Shown here in pieces: positions 8,317-17,712 of a stretch of 50,451 bases of DNA. The stretch lies in the IMG/VR virus record IMGVR_UViG_3300031519_005637, positions 1 to 50,451 of that record, one strand, 5' to 3'. A program made the position numbers and the translations under genes. The stretch comes from a virus (lineage: Duplodnaviria > Caudoviricetes). The first letter of the stretch is position 1, and each line of letters starts with the position of its first letter. Below the pieces are notes generated by a model that did not search any database, was not told the DNA's origin, and saw nothing but the letters and a program-made list of their open reading frames with translations.

Positions 8317-8709
8317 ATGAAGTTTAAAATTGATACACTTATAGACATTACAGAGACTAATGCTCGTAGACAAGATAATGATAAGTTTGCTTATAAACAA
8401 CAAGCAAATTTTCAAACATTGCTGCAAACAATAGGACTAAGATGCAATATAAATTATGACAAAAGTCCAACATTTAACGAGTTAAACATAACTAAATTGT
8501 TGTTTGGTGATAAATACATAGGTAAGCAGAAAATGTGGACCTTTTGTTTTGATATTGATTACGAAGGTGGACTAGACACAAGTATGCTTAATAAAGATTT
8601 TGATCTAATACCGATCATTACAGGCTTAGAAGAAACTATAAATTTAAATAAGGCACTATTTAGAACAACTGATAAAGAAAGAAACATTCTTTTTTCAATT
8701 GTTGATTAA
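8317..8709 (+). CDS. Hypothetical protein
   Basis: ORF; start at MKFKI chosen 5 nt after TAAGTA (track start 8299). Confidence 0.75.
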   Translation: MKFKIDTLIDITETNARRQDNDKFAYKQQANFQTLLQTIGLRCNINYDKSPTFNELNITKLLFGDKYIGKQKMWTFCFDIDYEGGLDTSMLNKDFDLIPIITGLEETINLNKALFRTTDKERNILFSIVD

Positions 8710-8752
8710 GGCTAACGCAAGAGTTTACTTGATAACTTAACGGAGAATAATA

Positions 8753-9001
8753 GTGTCATCTATAGCAACTACTACAGATTTAGAAAAGCAAAGCCTCGAA
8801 GCACACGTTGATTTGTGTGCAATACGTTATCAGAATCTTGACAACCGTATGGATAAGATCGAAAAGAAAGTAGAAGCAATTCACGAAGACATCACAGAAG
8901 GTCAAAAGTCAATGACCAAGGTCCTAATAGGATCAGCAGGTACAATAGTAGCAGGCCTACTTTCGACAATAGTTGTATTACTAATGTCGCTACCAAACTA
9001 A
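8753..9001 (+). CDS. Small coiled-coil plus C-terminal TM protein (XhlA/holin-like architecture)
   Basis: Heptad region LDNRMDKIEKKVEAI then a hydrophobic helix. Confidence 0.6.
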   Translation: MSSIATTTDLEKQSLEAHVDLCAIRYQNLDNRMDKIEKKVEAIHEDITEGQKSMTKVLIGSAGTIVAGLLSTIVVLLMSLPN

Positions 9002-9034
9002 AGCAAACCCCTTTAAAAAAAACTAAATACATAT

Positions 9035-9316
9035 ATGTTACTAAGAGAACTCACCACAAGCCTTGACGAGAAACGTGTATGGGCAAAGAGCGGCAAGAAA
9101 GTTGTACGCAAGTTTCGCTGTTCAGGTGGACGTAGACACGGTCGTATTGTATCTAAGATACAACAATGTTTTGCAGCACCTAATATGAAAAAACGTTTCG
9201 CAATGAAAAAGCTAAAAGCTAGACTTGGCAGTAAAATGACACGTAAAGCAAAGCGTACTAAAAGAGTAAGTCCTGCTTCTAAAAGAGTAGCAGCATTAAA
9301 TAAAAGAAGCCGCTGA
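9035..9316 (+). CDS. Highly basic protein, paralogue A
   Basis: K/R-rich; GKKVVRKFRCSGGRRHGRIVSK. Confidence 0.8.
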   Translation: MLLRELTTSLDEKRVWAKSGKKVVRKFRCSGGRRHGRIVSKIQQCFAAPNMKKRFAMKKLKARLGSKMTRKAKRTKRVSPASKRVAALNKRSR

Positions 9317-9654
9317 TGAAATTTGTAGAGATTGCAGATGTTGAATTAGAAATGATTGAAGAAGGCTATGTTCAAATTGCTGGACGCAGTGGCAACAAGA
9401 TTGTACGTAAGTTTAGATGTACAAGCGGATCTCGAAGAGGACGTATTGTAAGTAAACCCGGTACTTGCTCTGCTCCTAAGAATGTAAAAAGTTCAATTAA
9501 CTTAAAGAAGGCAAAGCGAAGAAAAGGTTCTGTTATGAAAATTAAATCAGCAAGAACCAAACGTGCAAGAAAGACAACGCAACGACTAAAGAAAATGAAT
9601 GTTCATTCAAGATCTATGTTGAAGCCTAGAAAACAAACAGCGAGAAGAAGATGA
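9316..9654 (+). CDS. Highly basic protein, paralogue B
   Basis: K/R-rich; GNKIVRKFRCTSGSRRGRIVSK. Confidence 0.8.
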   Translation: MKFVEIADVELEMIEEGYVQIAGRSGNKIVRKFRCTSGSRRGRIVSKPGTCSAPKNVKSSINLKKAKRRKGSVMKIKSARTKRARKTTQRLKKMNVHSRSMLKPRKQTARRR

Positions 9655-10103
9655 GATTTAATGAGTTTAAAAATACTAATCAAGTAACTGAAGAACAGTT
9701 AGATGAAATCATCCCTGCGATCGCTGCAATAGCAAGAGGTGCAGCAACACTGGGCGCAAAAGCCGCTGGTGGTATTGCAAAAGCAGGAGCCAAAGTAGGC
9801 GCAGCAGCAGCAAAAAAAGTTGGCGCAGCAGCAGTACAAGGCGCACAAGGCGTAGGCAAAGGCCTAGCCAAAAAAGTAGCAGCAAAGAATGCAACAGCAC
9901 TTGCAAAAGCAGTGCTTAAAAAAGGCGCTTCTCTGCCTATGCCAGTTGATGGCGGCAAGACAGCTGACTTTAAAATAGACGATTTAAAGGGTGACGAAGT
10001 TACACTAACTAACCCAAAGCCAAAACCAGGCGAACCAATCAAAACTATACACAAGACTAAAGAACTAGATCCAATTATACAACAGATGACGCAAGGGCAA
10101 TAA
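9651..10103 (+). CDS. Ala/Gly/Lys-rich probable internal head protein
   Basis: MRFNEF...QLDE propeptide-like start, then an amphipathic low-complexity segment. Confidence 0.65.
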   Translation: MRFNEFKNTNQVTEEQLDEIIPAIAAIARGAATLGAKAAGGIAKAGAKVGAAAAKKVGAAAVQGAQGVGKGLAKKVAAKNATALAKAVLKKGASLPMPVDGGKTADFKIDDLKGDEVTLTNPKPKPGEPIKTIHKTKELDPIIQQMTQGQ

Positions 10104-10306
10104 TGAAGCTGAATGAGTTAATAGATGAATTTACTATCTATACAACAAATGAAGAACAAAAGATGCTGTCCCAAATTGACGGAATGCTTCCGCTTGCAAG
10201 TTTCACAGAACGTGAGCAAGCCATAATTGAGAACTTAATTCGAAAGAGTTTAGTAAGTAAAGTATATAGTAAGGGTTCGACTTTGGTGCTGGCAAATGAA
10301 ATCTAA
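10103..10306 (+). CDS. Hypothetical protein
   Basis: 67 aa, coupled start/stop. Confidence 0.75.
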   Translation: MKLNELIDEFTIYTTNEEQKMLSQIDGMLPLASFTEREQAIIENLIRKSLVSKVYSKGSTLVLANEI

Positions 10307-10724
10307 AATAAATTCGGATATAGCTCAGGAACTTGAAAACTTAATCAATACAAAAATTGATACAAGTTATTTTCCTTACGTAAGAGGTAAGAGCATACGT
10401 ATTGGACATATAATAGTTCGAGAAACAAGATTTGGTTTTTTAGTATTTGATACTAAAGCTAATAAAGAAGTAGATAAAATGTTCTGTAAAACTGGAGCAC
10501 TAGCACTAGCTAAGACAGTAGCACAGGGTGATAGACCTAATGAGAATATTATGAAGTTAGATAAGTTTATCGAAAAAAACTATAATGACGCTGTGTTTTT
10601 TAAACACACGATGCAAGTAACCAGCGATGATACAAAATTTTTTGTTGCACAGACAAGATATGACATTGCTGCATCTAGAACACTATATGCTAAAGAAGAA
10701 TTAGATAAGTATATCTATGTTTGA
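10296..10724 (+). CDS. Hypothetical protein
   Basis: 142 aa ORF in operon. Confidence 0.75.
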   Translation: MKSKINSDIAQELENLINTKIDTSYFPYVRGKSIRIGHIIVRETRFGFLVFDTKANKEVDKMFCKTGALALAKTVAQGDRPNENIMKLDKFIEKNYNDAVFFKHTMQVTSDDTKFFVAQTRYDIAASRTLYAKEELDKYIYV

Positions 10725-10773
10725 TGATAAATAACTATAACAATAGATTAAGTTCAATAGGAAGAGTATAACG

Positions 10774-11673
10774 ATGAACATTAGAGAAATTTCAAAGCCA
10801 GTAACAGCAGCATCCTTAAATGAGAGCCTTGCCAAACGGTTCGGCCAGCGCATTAATTTAGGAAAATTTACAATTGAACAATTACAAGATGTTCGTAATA
10901 AAGTTCGTACTACTTTATCACAAGTAGAAACAAACGAAAGTTTCAATAGTGTACAAAAAGAAGCATATCAAAAATCAAAACTTTTCCTTGATGTATTAAA
11001 TGCAGAAATTTCAGAGCGTGGGGACATTGACGAAGCAGCTAAGCCAGACTTTTTAGATGTGGACAAAGACGGCGATAAAAAAGAGCCAATGAAGAAAGCT
11101 GCAAAAGATGCAGGTAAGGGTAAAAAAGGCGGAAAGCCTAAGAAAGGCGTAGTACCGCCACAGTTTAAAAAGAAGAACGAAAGCATTGTTAAGGAAGGCG
11201 CTGAAGAAGCAGCCGAATTAGTAATGGCAGCTAAAGATATGGTTGATCGTATTACAGGTTGGATGGAAGACACAGCAGAAATGCAAACAGAATCAATGCT
11301 AGAACTAGCAGACTCAATTCGTGATGAAATGGGATCAGAGCAATCAGAAGCATTTACTAACTCTGTGAAGCCAGCACTTGAAGCATTATACACAGCACTA
11401 GAAGCAACACGTGAAGCAACAATATCAGGCGTTGGAATACTAACTGGAGAAGCAGCACCAGAAGCAATGGGCAGTGAAGAAGAAATGCCAGTAGACGATG
11501 CTGATGTGGACCCAATGGCAGATATAGATGTTGATGCAGAAGTACCTGCAGAAGATGACGGAATGGCAGCAGCTGAACCGGCAGTAGGTGGCGAAGAAGA
11601 AGCAGGAAGAGCAAAACGTGAAAGCGTAGAGCGTAGCCGCAGAATTGGAACCATCCTTTCAAAAAAAAAGTAA
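10774..11673 (+). CDS. Acidic helical protein, probable prohead core/scaffold type
   Basis: E/D/A-rich; many hydrophobic-x-E sites; KPDFLDVDKDGD motif; TAAATA upstream; ends at a slippery site. Confidence 0.6.
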   Translation: MNIREISKPVTAASLNESLAKRFGQRINLGKFTIEQLQDVRNKVRTTLSQVETNESFNSVQKEAYQKSKLFLDVLNAEISERGDIDEAAKPDFLDVDKDGDKKEPMKKAAKDAGKGKKGGKPKKGVVPPQFKKKNESIVKEGAEEAAELVMAAKDMVDRITGWMEDTAEMQTESMLELADSIRDEMGSEQSEAFTNSVKPALEALYTALEATREATISGVGILTGEAAPEAMGSEEEMPVDDADVDPMADIDVDAEVPAEDDGMAAAEPAVGGEEEAGRAKRESVERSRRIGTILSKKK

Positions 11674-11693
11674 CGGAAGAGGCTAATTCTTCC
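11664..11693 (+). other. Putative -1 programmed frameshift signal
   Basis: In-frame A_AAA_AAG (11664-11670) then GGAAGA-N7-TCTTCC hairpin (11675-11693). Confidence 0.7.
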
Positions 11694-11999
11694 TCAAAGT
11701 TAATACTTGTACTAAGAAACAAACTCGCTGACGCAAACTTGAAAAAGCAAGCCAGTGAGTTTTCTTTTGATGAGCTTAACAATCTAATGAAAAATGCCGG
11801 ACGTGAGCAATTTGACTATAGATCGTTCAAAGCAGCATATGATTCAGATGAACGTTTAAAATCTATGATTAAAAACTTTAATCAAGACGGCATTACTCTT
11901 AAAACAGATACAGATGCTGATACTGAAGCACCGCAGCAAGACTTAGGTAACAAGTCAGTCAGTAAAATGGCTAAACGTGCTACAAGAAAACGCCAATAA
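11670..11999 (+). CDS. -1 frame extension of the 10774 gene (track ORF 11739..11999)
   Basis: Frame open from 11637 to 11999; no ATG or SD before the TTG at 11739. Confidence 0.65.
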   Translation, partial: VTEEANSSSKLILVLRNKLADANLKKQASEFSFDELNNLMKNAGREQFDYRSFKAAYDSDERLKSMIKNFNQDGITLKTDTDADTEAPQQDLGNKSVSKMAKRATRKRQ

Positions 12000-12055
12000 T
12001 ACTTGACAACTACCTAAAAGTAGTATAATATAGTAACAATACTATAGGAGTAGAG

Positions 12056-12388
12056 ATGTCTCGAACAAATGAAGAAATTACAATTGCTGTTAAAGAGTTA
12101 ATAGAAACTAGAATACAGCCAGCAGTGTCAGCCCACGGCGGCATAATAAATTTTGTTTCATACAACGAAGGTAACTTATTATTAGAACTAAGTGGAGCCT
12201 GTGCTGGATGCGAAGGAAGTACTGCTACACTAAAATATGGTATAGAAAATATGGTAAAACATTATATACCAGAAGTTACAGAAGTAGAAGCTGTACACGA
12301 TGAAAATAGCGGAGTTGATCCATACTATAGCAGCACTACTCCTACACGCAACCCAAATAATATTATCCCAACTGAAGAAGTTAAATAA
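12056..12388 (+). CDS. NifU C-terminal domain / Nfu-type Fe-S carrier
   Basis: IQPAVSAHGG, LSGACAGC, TLKYGIE. Confidence 0.9.
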   Translation: MSRTNEEITIAVKELIETRIQPAVSAHGGIINFVSYNEGNLLLELSGACAGCEGSTATLKYGIENMVKHYIPEVTEVEAVHDENSGVDPYYSSTTPTRNPNNIIPTEEVK

Positions 12389-13092
12389 TGACTTTAATAA
12401 TGAACAAGTACGATTACCAGCCTATAAGCCGTAAACAAGTGGAGGGCAAGCGTAAGTATATGACTCCGGACGGAAACGCTGTAGCAAGCGTTACTACAAT
12501 CTTAGACGCCACTAGCGATAAGACAGGCTTGATTGCCTGGCGCAAACGAGTAGGCGAAACTAAAGCTAGAGAAATTACAACAGAAGCTGCAGGCGTGGGT
12601 ACACGTATGCACAAGTATTTGGAAGACTATGTAGAGACGGGTGTAATGCCTACTCCAGGTAGTAACCCATTTGCTAAGAAAGCACACACAATGGCATTGC
12701 AAGTCCTTGAACACGCAATGGGCGATGTAGATGAGATTTGGGGGAGCGAAGTTGCTCTTTATGTCCCACAAATGTATGCAGGCACAACTGACCTAGTTGG
12801 ACAGTACAAAGGACAACCTTGCATAATGGACTTTAAACAGACCAACAAGCCTAAGAAGCTAGAGTATGTACAAAACTACTTCTTACAGCTAGTAGCGTAT
12901 GCAGAGGCCCACAACGCAATCTACGGCACCGACATACGCGAAGGTCACATCTTTATGTGTAGCCGAGGTGATGATGGTATGGAACTAGGTGGCGAAACAT
13001 ATCAACAGTTTGATGTGTGGCCTGATGAATACGACGAGTGGCGACACGAATGGTACAATAGGGTATATACCTATTACGAGAAGTTCGCATAA
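12388..13092 (+). CDS. PD-(D/E)XK exonuclease (Cas4/RecB-like phage exonuclease)
   Basis: SVTTIL, GTRMH, E..AGTTD..IMDFK, QLVAY motifs. Confidence 0.85.
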   Translation: MTLIMNKYDYQPISRKQVEGKRKYMTPDGNAVASVTTILDATSDKTGLIAWRKRVGETKAREITTEAAGVGTRMHKYLEDYVETGVMPTPGSNPFAKKAHTMALQVLEHAMGDVDEIWGSEVALYVPQMYAGTTDLVGQYKGQPCIMDFKQTNKPKKLEYVQNYFLQLVAYAEAHNAIYGTDIREGHIFMCSRGDDGMELGGETYQQFDVWPDEYDEWRHEWYNRVYTYYEKFA

Positions 13093-13121
13093 ATACATAA
13101 TAAGAGTGCAGGAGATAATAC

Positions 13122-14861
13122 GTGGCTGTAGTACAAATAAGTAGAATACAAGTAAGACGAGGTAAAAAAGGCCAAACTAACTTACCTCAGTTAGCTTCGG
13201 GCGAATTAGGCTGGGCAGTAGATTCCCAAGAACTTTACATAGGTAACGGTTCAGTAAGCGAAGGCGCACCGCAAGTTGGCAATACTAAAATTCTTACAAC
13301 AGCAGATAACATTTTTGACATTGCAGATCAATACGAATACAGAAAAAATGATTCTATTATCCAAACAGGTGCTACTGCAAGAACTCCAATAAGAGTAAGT
13401 ATACAAAAACAGTTAGATAAAGAAATATATGTTTCAGACTTTGGCGCGGCACACGATGCTACTACAATTCAAACTGCGGCATTACAACGTGCTATTGATA
13501 ATCAGTTTTTAAATACTAAAACAACACCTGAAAACAGACAAATTATTAAACTTGCGCCTGGCCTTTATAGAATAGATAACAGTCTTAAACTTCCGCCTTA
13601 CACAACACTAGTGGGTGCCGGAAAAGATAAAACAATTATTGAACAGACTACTAACAATCCAATTTTTATTACAGTTAATGGATCTAGTACTGCTGGCAAC
13701 TATGACGAAACTACTGCATTAAGTTCAGCTAATCAAGCAAAGAATATTTCTGTATCAGGAATGACATTACGTTTTGAAAACGTAGTATCAAACATCTATA
13801 ATACTGCTATTAGTTTACAAAGTAGTTTAGACGGACATTTTTATGATTTAAAGTTAAAAGGATATTGGGACGGCGATGGTGCGCAAGCAGCATCAATAGG
13901 TATCAATATTAAGAGCTTCAGTGGCCCAGTAAGATCAAAACAAAACATTTTTGAAAATATCCAAGTTGAAGGGTTTGCATACGGTGTAAACAGTTCTTTT
14001 GATATCGAAGATAATACATTTAGAGATATCCATTTTTCAACACTATTAAACGGTGTAAGACTTGGAAACGGAATGCCAGCAGTTGATTATACAGATGCCG
14101 CAGATATTGCAGACAAACTTGCAGATGGTGTTGCATACGGTCCTGTGAACAACTTATTTGAAAATTGCACATTTAAGGAAATCTTTGGACAGGGCTTTAT
14201 TGTTAATAAAGGAACCAACAATGTATCTAAGAATAATAGATACTTTGATGTAGGCAATGAAGGCGGAACAAGTGCTACAACAACTACTAGTATTGTAAAG
14301 TTTGACCAGGTTGGTAACTTAACTATTGATGATTGGTTTGAAAGAACTTATGATCTAAGTTATAATCAAACCTATGTAAATGTTAGTAGTGCAAATAGTA
14401 TTAATTCAAATTCAGATATAACTGGACCTAAGTATCTTCCAGAAATAGAAGGCATTTTTAATTACAATCAATCTTTTGTTCACAACATAACAACCATAAG
14501 CACAAACGGTAACTGGGTAACAGGATTTAGACTTCCTGCTAACCAATCAAGATCGTTTCAAATACCGTATCAGTACAACTCAGTACAAGTCAATGGTACA
14601 AAACAAGGTACTCTTTATGTGCTAATTGATAAAGAGAACGACACTATATCTGTTACTGATGATTTTGAGTACATTGGTACAGATAATTCACTCACAGGTG
14701 ACGCATTAAACTTGACATTTAGAGGAAAACTTGTTAATATAACAAGTGGGGATGCTGCTGACACTACTATAGAAACTGCATATATTGAATTTAAAAATGC
14801 AACTACAGAAAGTACAATAACACTACCCACATTAACGTTTACTATTTCGTCAAGGTCTTAA
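13122..14861 (+). CDS. Virion structural protein / tailspike with beta-helix (pectate-lyase-like) domain
   Basis: N-terminal RIQVRRG...LASGELGWAVD..ELYIGNG; VSDFGA..ALQRAID..PGLY..LVGAG beta-helix cap; Asn-rich repeats. Confidence 0.8.
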   Translation: MAVVQISRIQVRRGKKGQTNLPQLASGELGWAVDSQELYIGNGSVSEGAPQVGNTKILTTADNIFDIADQYEYRKNDSIIQTGATARTPIRVSIQKQLDKEIYVSDFGAAHDATTIQTAALQRAIDNQFLNTKTTPENRQIIKLAPGLYRIDNSLKLPPYTTLVGAGKDKTIIEQTTNNPIFITVNGSSTAGNYDETTALSSANQAKNISVSGMTLRFENVVSNIYNTAISLQSSLDGHFYDLKLKGYWDGDGAQAASIGINIKSFSGPVRSKQNIFENIQVEGFAYGVNSSFDIEDNTFRDIHFSTLLNGVRLGNGMPAVDYTDAADIADKLADGVAYGPVNNLFENCTFKEIFGQGFIVNKGTNNVSKNNRYFDVGNEGGTSATTTTSIVKFDQVGNLTIDDWFERTYDLSYNQTYVNVSSANSINSNSDITGPKYLPEIEGIFNYNQSFVHNITTISTNGNWVTGFRLPANQSRSFQIPYQYNSVQVNGTKQGTLYVLIDKENDTISVTDDFEYIGTDNSLTGDALNLTFRGKLVNITSGDAADTTIETAYIEFKNATTESTITLPTLTFTISSRS

Positions 14862-15283
14862 TGTTTAACAAGAAGTATGAAGAAAGATTAGCCATCTGGA
14901 GTGATTTTAGAGCCACCCTCGAAAAGTCAACCACTCCATTTACAGATGTACTAGAATTTTATTCGGACGCTCCGGTAGCTAAGTTTACCTTAGACCCCTG
15001 GAACCAAGGTACTTGGCCAGCACCTTGGCAACTAGTAGAAGAGAATCTCTATTGTGGGTTCTCAATCGTATTAGGTATGTGTTTTTCACTACAGTTAACT
15101 GATAGGTTTAGTGGTAGTAATTTTGAGATACATATCTGTACTAACAAAGAAAAGGCAGAAACGCATTATCTATTATTTGTAGACAATACTTGTATTGGGT
15201 ACGAAGATGGTGTTGTTTTAAAGGAGGAAATGCCTGAAGCTCTATACTCGCAAATGATTTATTCAATGCCAGGGCTTCAATAA
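14861..15283 (+). CDS. Hypothetical protein
   Basis: 140 aa, coupled to the upstream gene. Confidence 0.75.
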   Translation: MFNKKYEERLAIWSDFRATLEKSTTPFTDVLEFYSDAPVAKFTLDPWNQGTWPAPWQLVEENLYCGFSIVLGMCFSLQLTDRFSGSNFEIHICTNKEKAETHYLLFVDNTCIGYEDGVVLKEEMPEALYSQMIYSMPGLQ

Positions 15284-15336
15284 ATACTTCATAAATGAAA
15301 ACAAGAATAAACAATTTAACCGAACAGGAGTCACAT

Positions 15337-17643
15337 ATGTCTAACGGTATCCACATCGTAAAAAGGACCGGCGAACGAGAGCCAATTAATATTAACAAAA
15401 TACATAAAGTTGTTGAACACGCCTGTGAAGGCTTGGCTGGAGTCAGTAGTAGTCAAATCGAAATGAATGCAAACATTCAGTTTTACGATCAAATGAGTTC
15501 AAATGAAATTCAAGAGATACTAGTACGCAGTGCAAATGATCTTATTAGTTTAGATAATCCAAATTATCAATATGCAGCAGCTAGGCTTCTCACATACGGT
15601 CTTTACAAGCAAGTATTTAAGAAGTTCCTTGCAATACCATTGAAGGACATAATCAAATCAAATATTGATCGTGGATTATACGATCCTGCAATACTTGAGT
15701 CATACACTAGCGAAGAAATTGAAGTACTTGATAGTTACATTAAACACAAGCGTGATGAAAACTTTACATATGCCGGTATGCGTCAAGTAGTTGACAAGTA
15801 CCTTGTACAGGATCGGTCAACAGGCGAGATATTTGAAACTCCGCAGTTTATGTATATGATGATTGCGGCAACATTATTTGCTAATTATCCAGCAGAAACA
15901 CGTATGCATTACGTAAGGAGATACTACGATGCGACCTCCCTTTTTAAAGTCAACATACCCACACCAGTTATGGCAGGAGTCAGGACGCCTGTACGCCAGT
16001 TTGCAAGTTGCGTACTTGTTGACAGTGATGACACTCTTGACAGTATTTTTGCTAGTGATATGGCTATCGGCAGGTATACTGCTCAAAGGGCAGGCATTGG
16101 CATTAACGCTGGACGCATACGTGGCGTCAATGCAAAAATACGCGGTGGCGAAGTGGCGCACACTGGTATCGTTCCTTTCCTAAAGAAGTTTGAAAGCACG
16201 GTACGTTGTTGCACACAAAACGGAGTACGTGGTGGCAGTGCTACTACACATTTTCCGTTCTGGCATCAAGAGATTGAAGACGTCCTTGTACTAAAGAACA
16301 ACAAAGGAACAGAAGATAACCGTGTTCGTAAGCTAGATTATAGTATACAACTTAACTTAACAATGTATCAAAGATTGTTATCTGGTGGCAATATAACTTT
16401 GTTCTCGCCACACGATGTACCAGATTTATACGAAGCATACTTTGGTGATGCAGCAGTATTCCAAGAACTATATGAAAAGTACGAACGTGCTACAAGTATT
16501 AAGAAAAAGACTGTACCTGCAATGGAACTGTTTAGTGCGTTAATTAAAGAACGTGCTGAGACAGGACGTATCTACATTATGAATGTTGATCACTGTAATA
16601 CACACAGTTCGTTTAAAGATAAAGTTTATATGAGTAACTTGTGTCAAGAGATTACACTACCAACTAAGCCACTTAATCACATTGATGACGAAGAAGGCGA
16701 AATTGCGTTATGTATTCTTAGTGCTATTAACGTAGGCACATTACGTTCATTAGACGACTTAGAGGAGCTCTGTGAGCTTGCAGTACGTGCTTTAGAAGAG
16801 ATCATTGACTACCAACGTTATCCTATCAAGGCAGCAGAAATTAGTACAAAAGCAAGACGCAGTTTAGGTGTAGGATATATTGGCTTAGCACACTATCTAG
16901 CACGACAACACGCAAAGTATGAAGATGGAACTGCTTGGCAACTTGTACACGATTTGAGTGAAGCATTCCAGTATTACTTACTTCGTGCAAGTAACAAACT
17001 TGCACAAGAACGCGGTGCTTGTGAATACTTTAGTCGTACTAAATACGCTGACGGTATCCTTCCTATTGATACATACAAAAAGGAAGTTGATACAATTGTG
17101 GAGAACAAGTTAAACTATGATTGGGATAGCCTACGCAATGACATTAAGGACCACGGTCTACGGCACAGCACATTGTCCGCACAAATGCCTTCAGAGAGCT
17201 CATCCGTTGTGTCGAACGCAACAAACGGAATTGAGCCACCTAGAGGATACTTGTCCGTTAAGAAGTCAAAGAAAGGGCCTCTTAAGCAGATTGTTCCGCA
17301 GTATCAAACGCTAAAGAATCACTATACATTGTTGTGGGATATGCCTAACAACACAGGATATATTAATGTAGTTGCAGTAATGCAAAAGTTCTTCGACCAA
17401 GCTATTAGTGGCAACTGGTCATACAATCCTACGCACTTCCCTGACAATGAAGTTCCGATGAGTCAAATGATGAACGACTTGCTAACAACATACAAGCTAG
17501 GTTGGAAGACATCCTACTACCAAAATACATACGATTACAAAACTGATCCAAGTGAGTTGGAAGATGAGAAACCAATGGAAACACTTGCACCTGTTATTGA
17601 GATGGATATGGATGACGAAGAGTGTGAAGCCTGCAATATCTAA
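15337..17643 (+). CDS. nrdA: Class Ia ribonucleotide reductase alpha subunit
   Basis: ATP cone (VKRTG), QFASC, SNLCQEI, C-terminal CEAC; start after AGGAG. Confidence 0.98.
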   Translation: MSNGIHIVKRTGEREPININKIHKVVEHACEGLAGVSSSQIEMNANIQFYDQMSSNEIQEILVRSANDLISLDNPNYQYAAARLLTYGLYKQVFKKFLAIPLKDIIKSNIDRGLYDPAILESYTSEEIEVLDSYIKHKRDENFTYAGMRQVVDKYLVQDRSTGEIFETPQFMYMMIAATLFANYPAETRMHYVRRYYDATSLFKVNIPTPVMAGVRTPVRQFASCVLVDSDDTLDSIFASDMAIGRYTAQRAGIGINAGRIRGVNAKIRGGEVAHTGIVPFLKKFESTVRCCTQNGVRGGSATTHFPFWHQEIEDVLVLKNNKGTEDNRVRKLDYSIQLNLTMYQRLLSGGNITLFSPHDVPDLYEAYFGDAAVFQELYEKYERATSIKKKTVPAMELFSALIKERAETGRIYIMNVDHCNTHSSFKDKVYMSNLCQEITLPTKPLNHIDDEEGEIALCILSAINVGTLRSLDDLEELCELAVRALEEIIDYQRYPIKAAEISTKARRSLGVGYIGLAHYLARQHAKYEDGTAWQLVHDLSEAFQYYLLRASNKLAQERGACEYFSRTKYADGILPIDTYKKEVDTIVENKLNYDWDSLRNDIKDHGLRHSTLSAQMPSESSSVVSNATNGIEPPRGYLSVKKSKKGPLKQIVPQYQTLKNHYTLLWDMPNNTGYINVVAVMQKFFDQAISGNWSYNPTHFPDNEVPMSQMMNDLLTTYKLGWKTSYYQNTYDYKTDPSELEDEKPMETLAPVIEMDMDDEECEACNI

Positions 17644-17654
17644 CAAAATAAAGG

Positions 17655-17683
17655 TTGACATAGTATGATAAGTACGTTATATT
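17655..17683 (+). promoter_or_regulatory. Sigma70-like promoter
   Basis: TTGACA-N17-TATATT. Confidence 0.6.
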
Positions 17684-17712
17684 AAATAGAAGAGATATAT
17701 AGGAAGAAGAGA

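Noticed and set aside
10968-11782. Long antisense ORFs (also 9680..10054, 26235..26759, 34143..34547, 37328..38228)
   Set aside because: Ser/Ala-rich mirror frames of well-supported plus-strand genes; no SD or motifs
12388-13092. Cas4-like gene suggesting a CRISPR system
   Set aside because: No repeat-spacer array or other cas genes seen; lacks the four-Cys cluster; ordinary phage exonuclease
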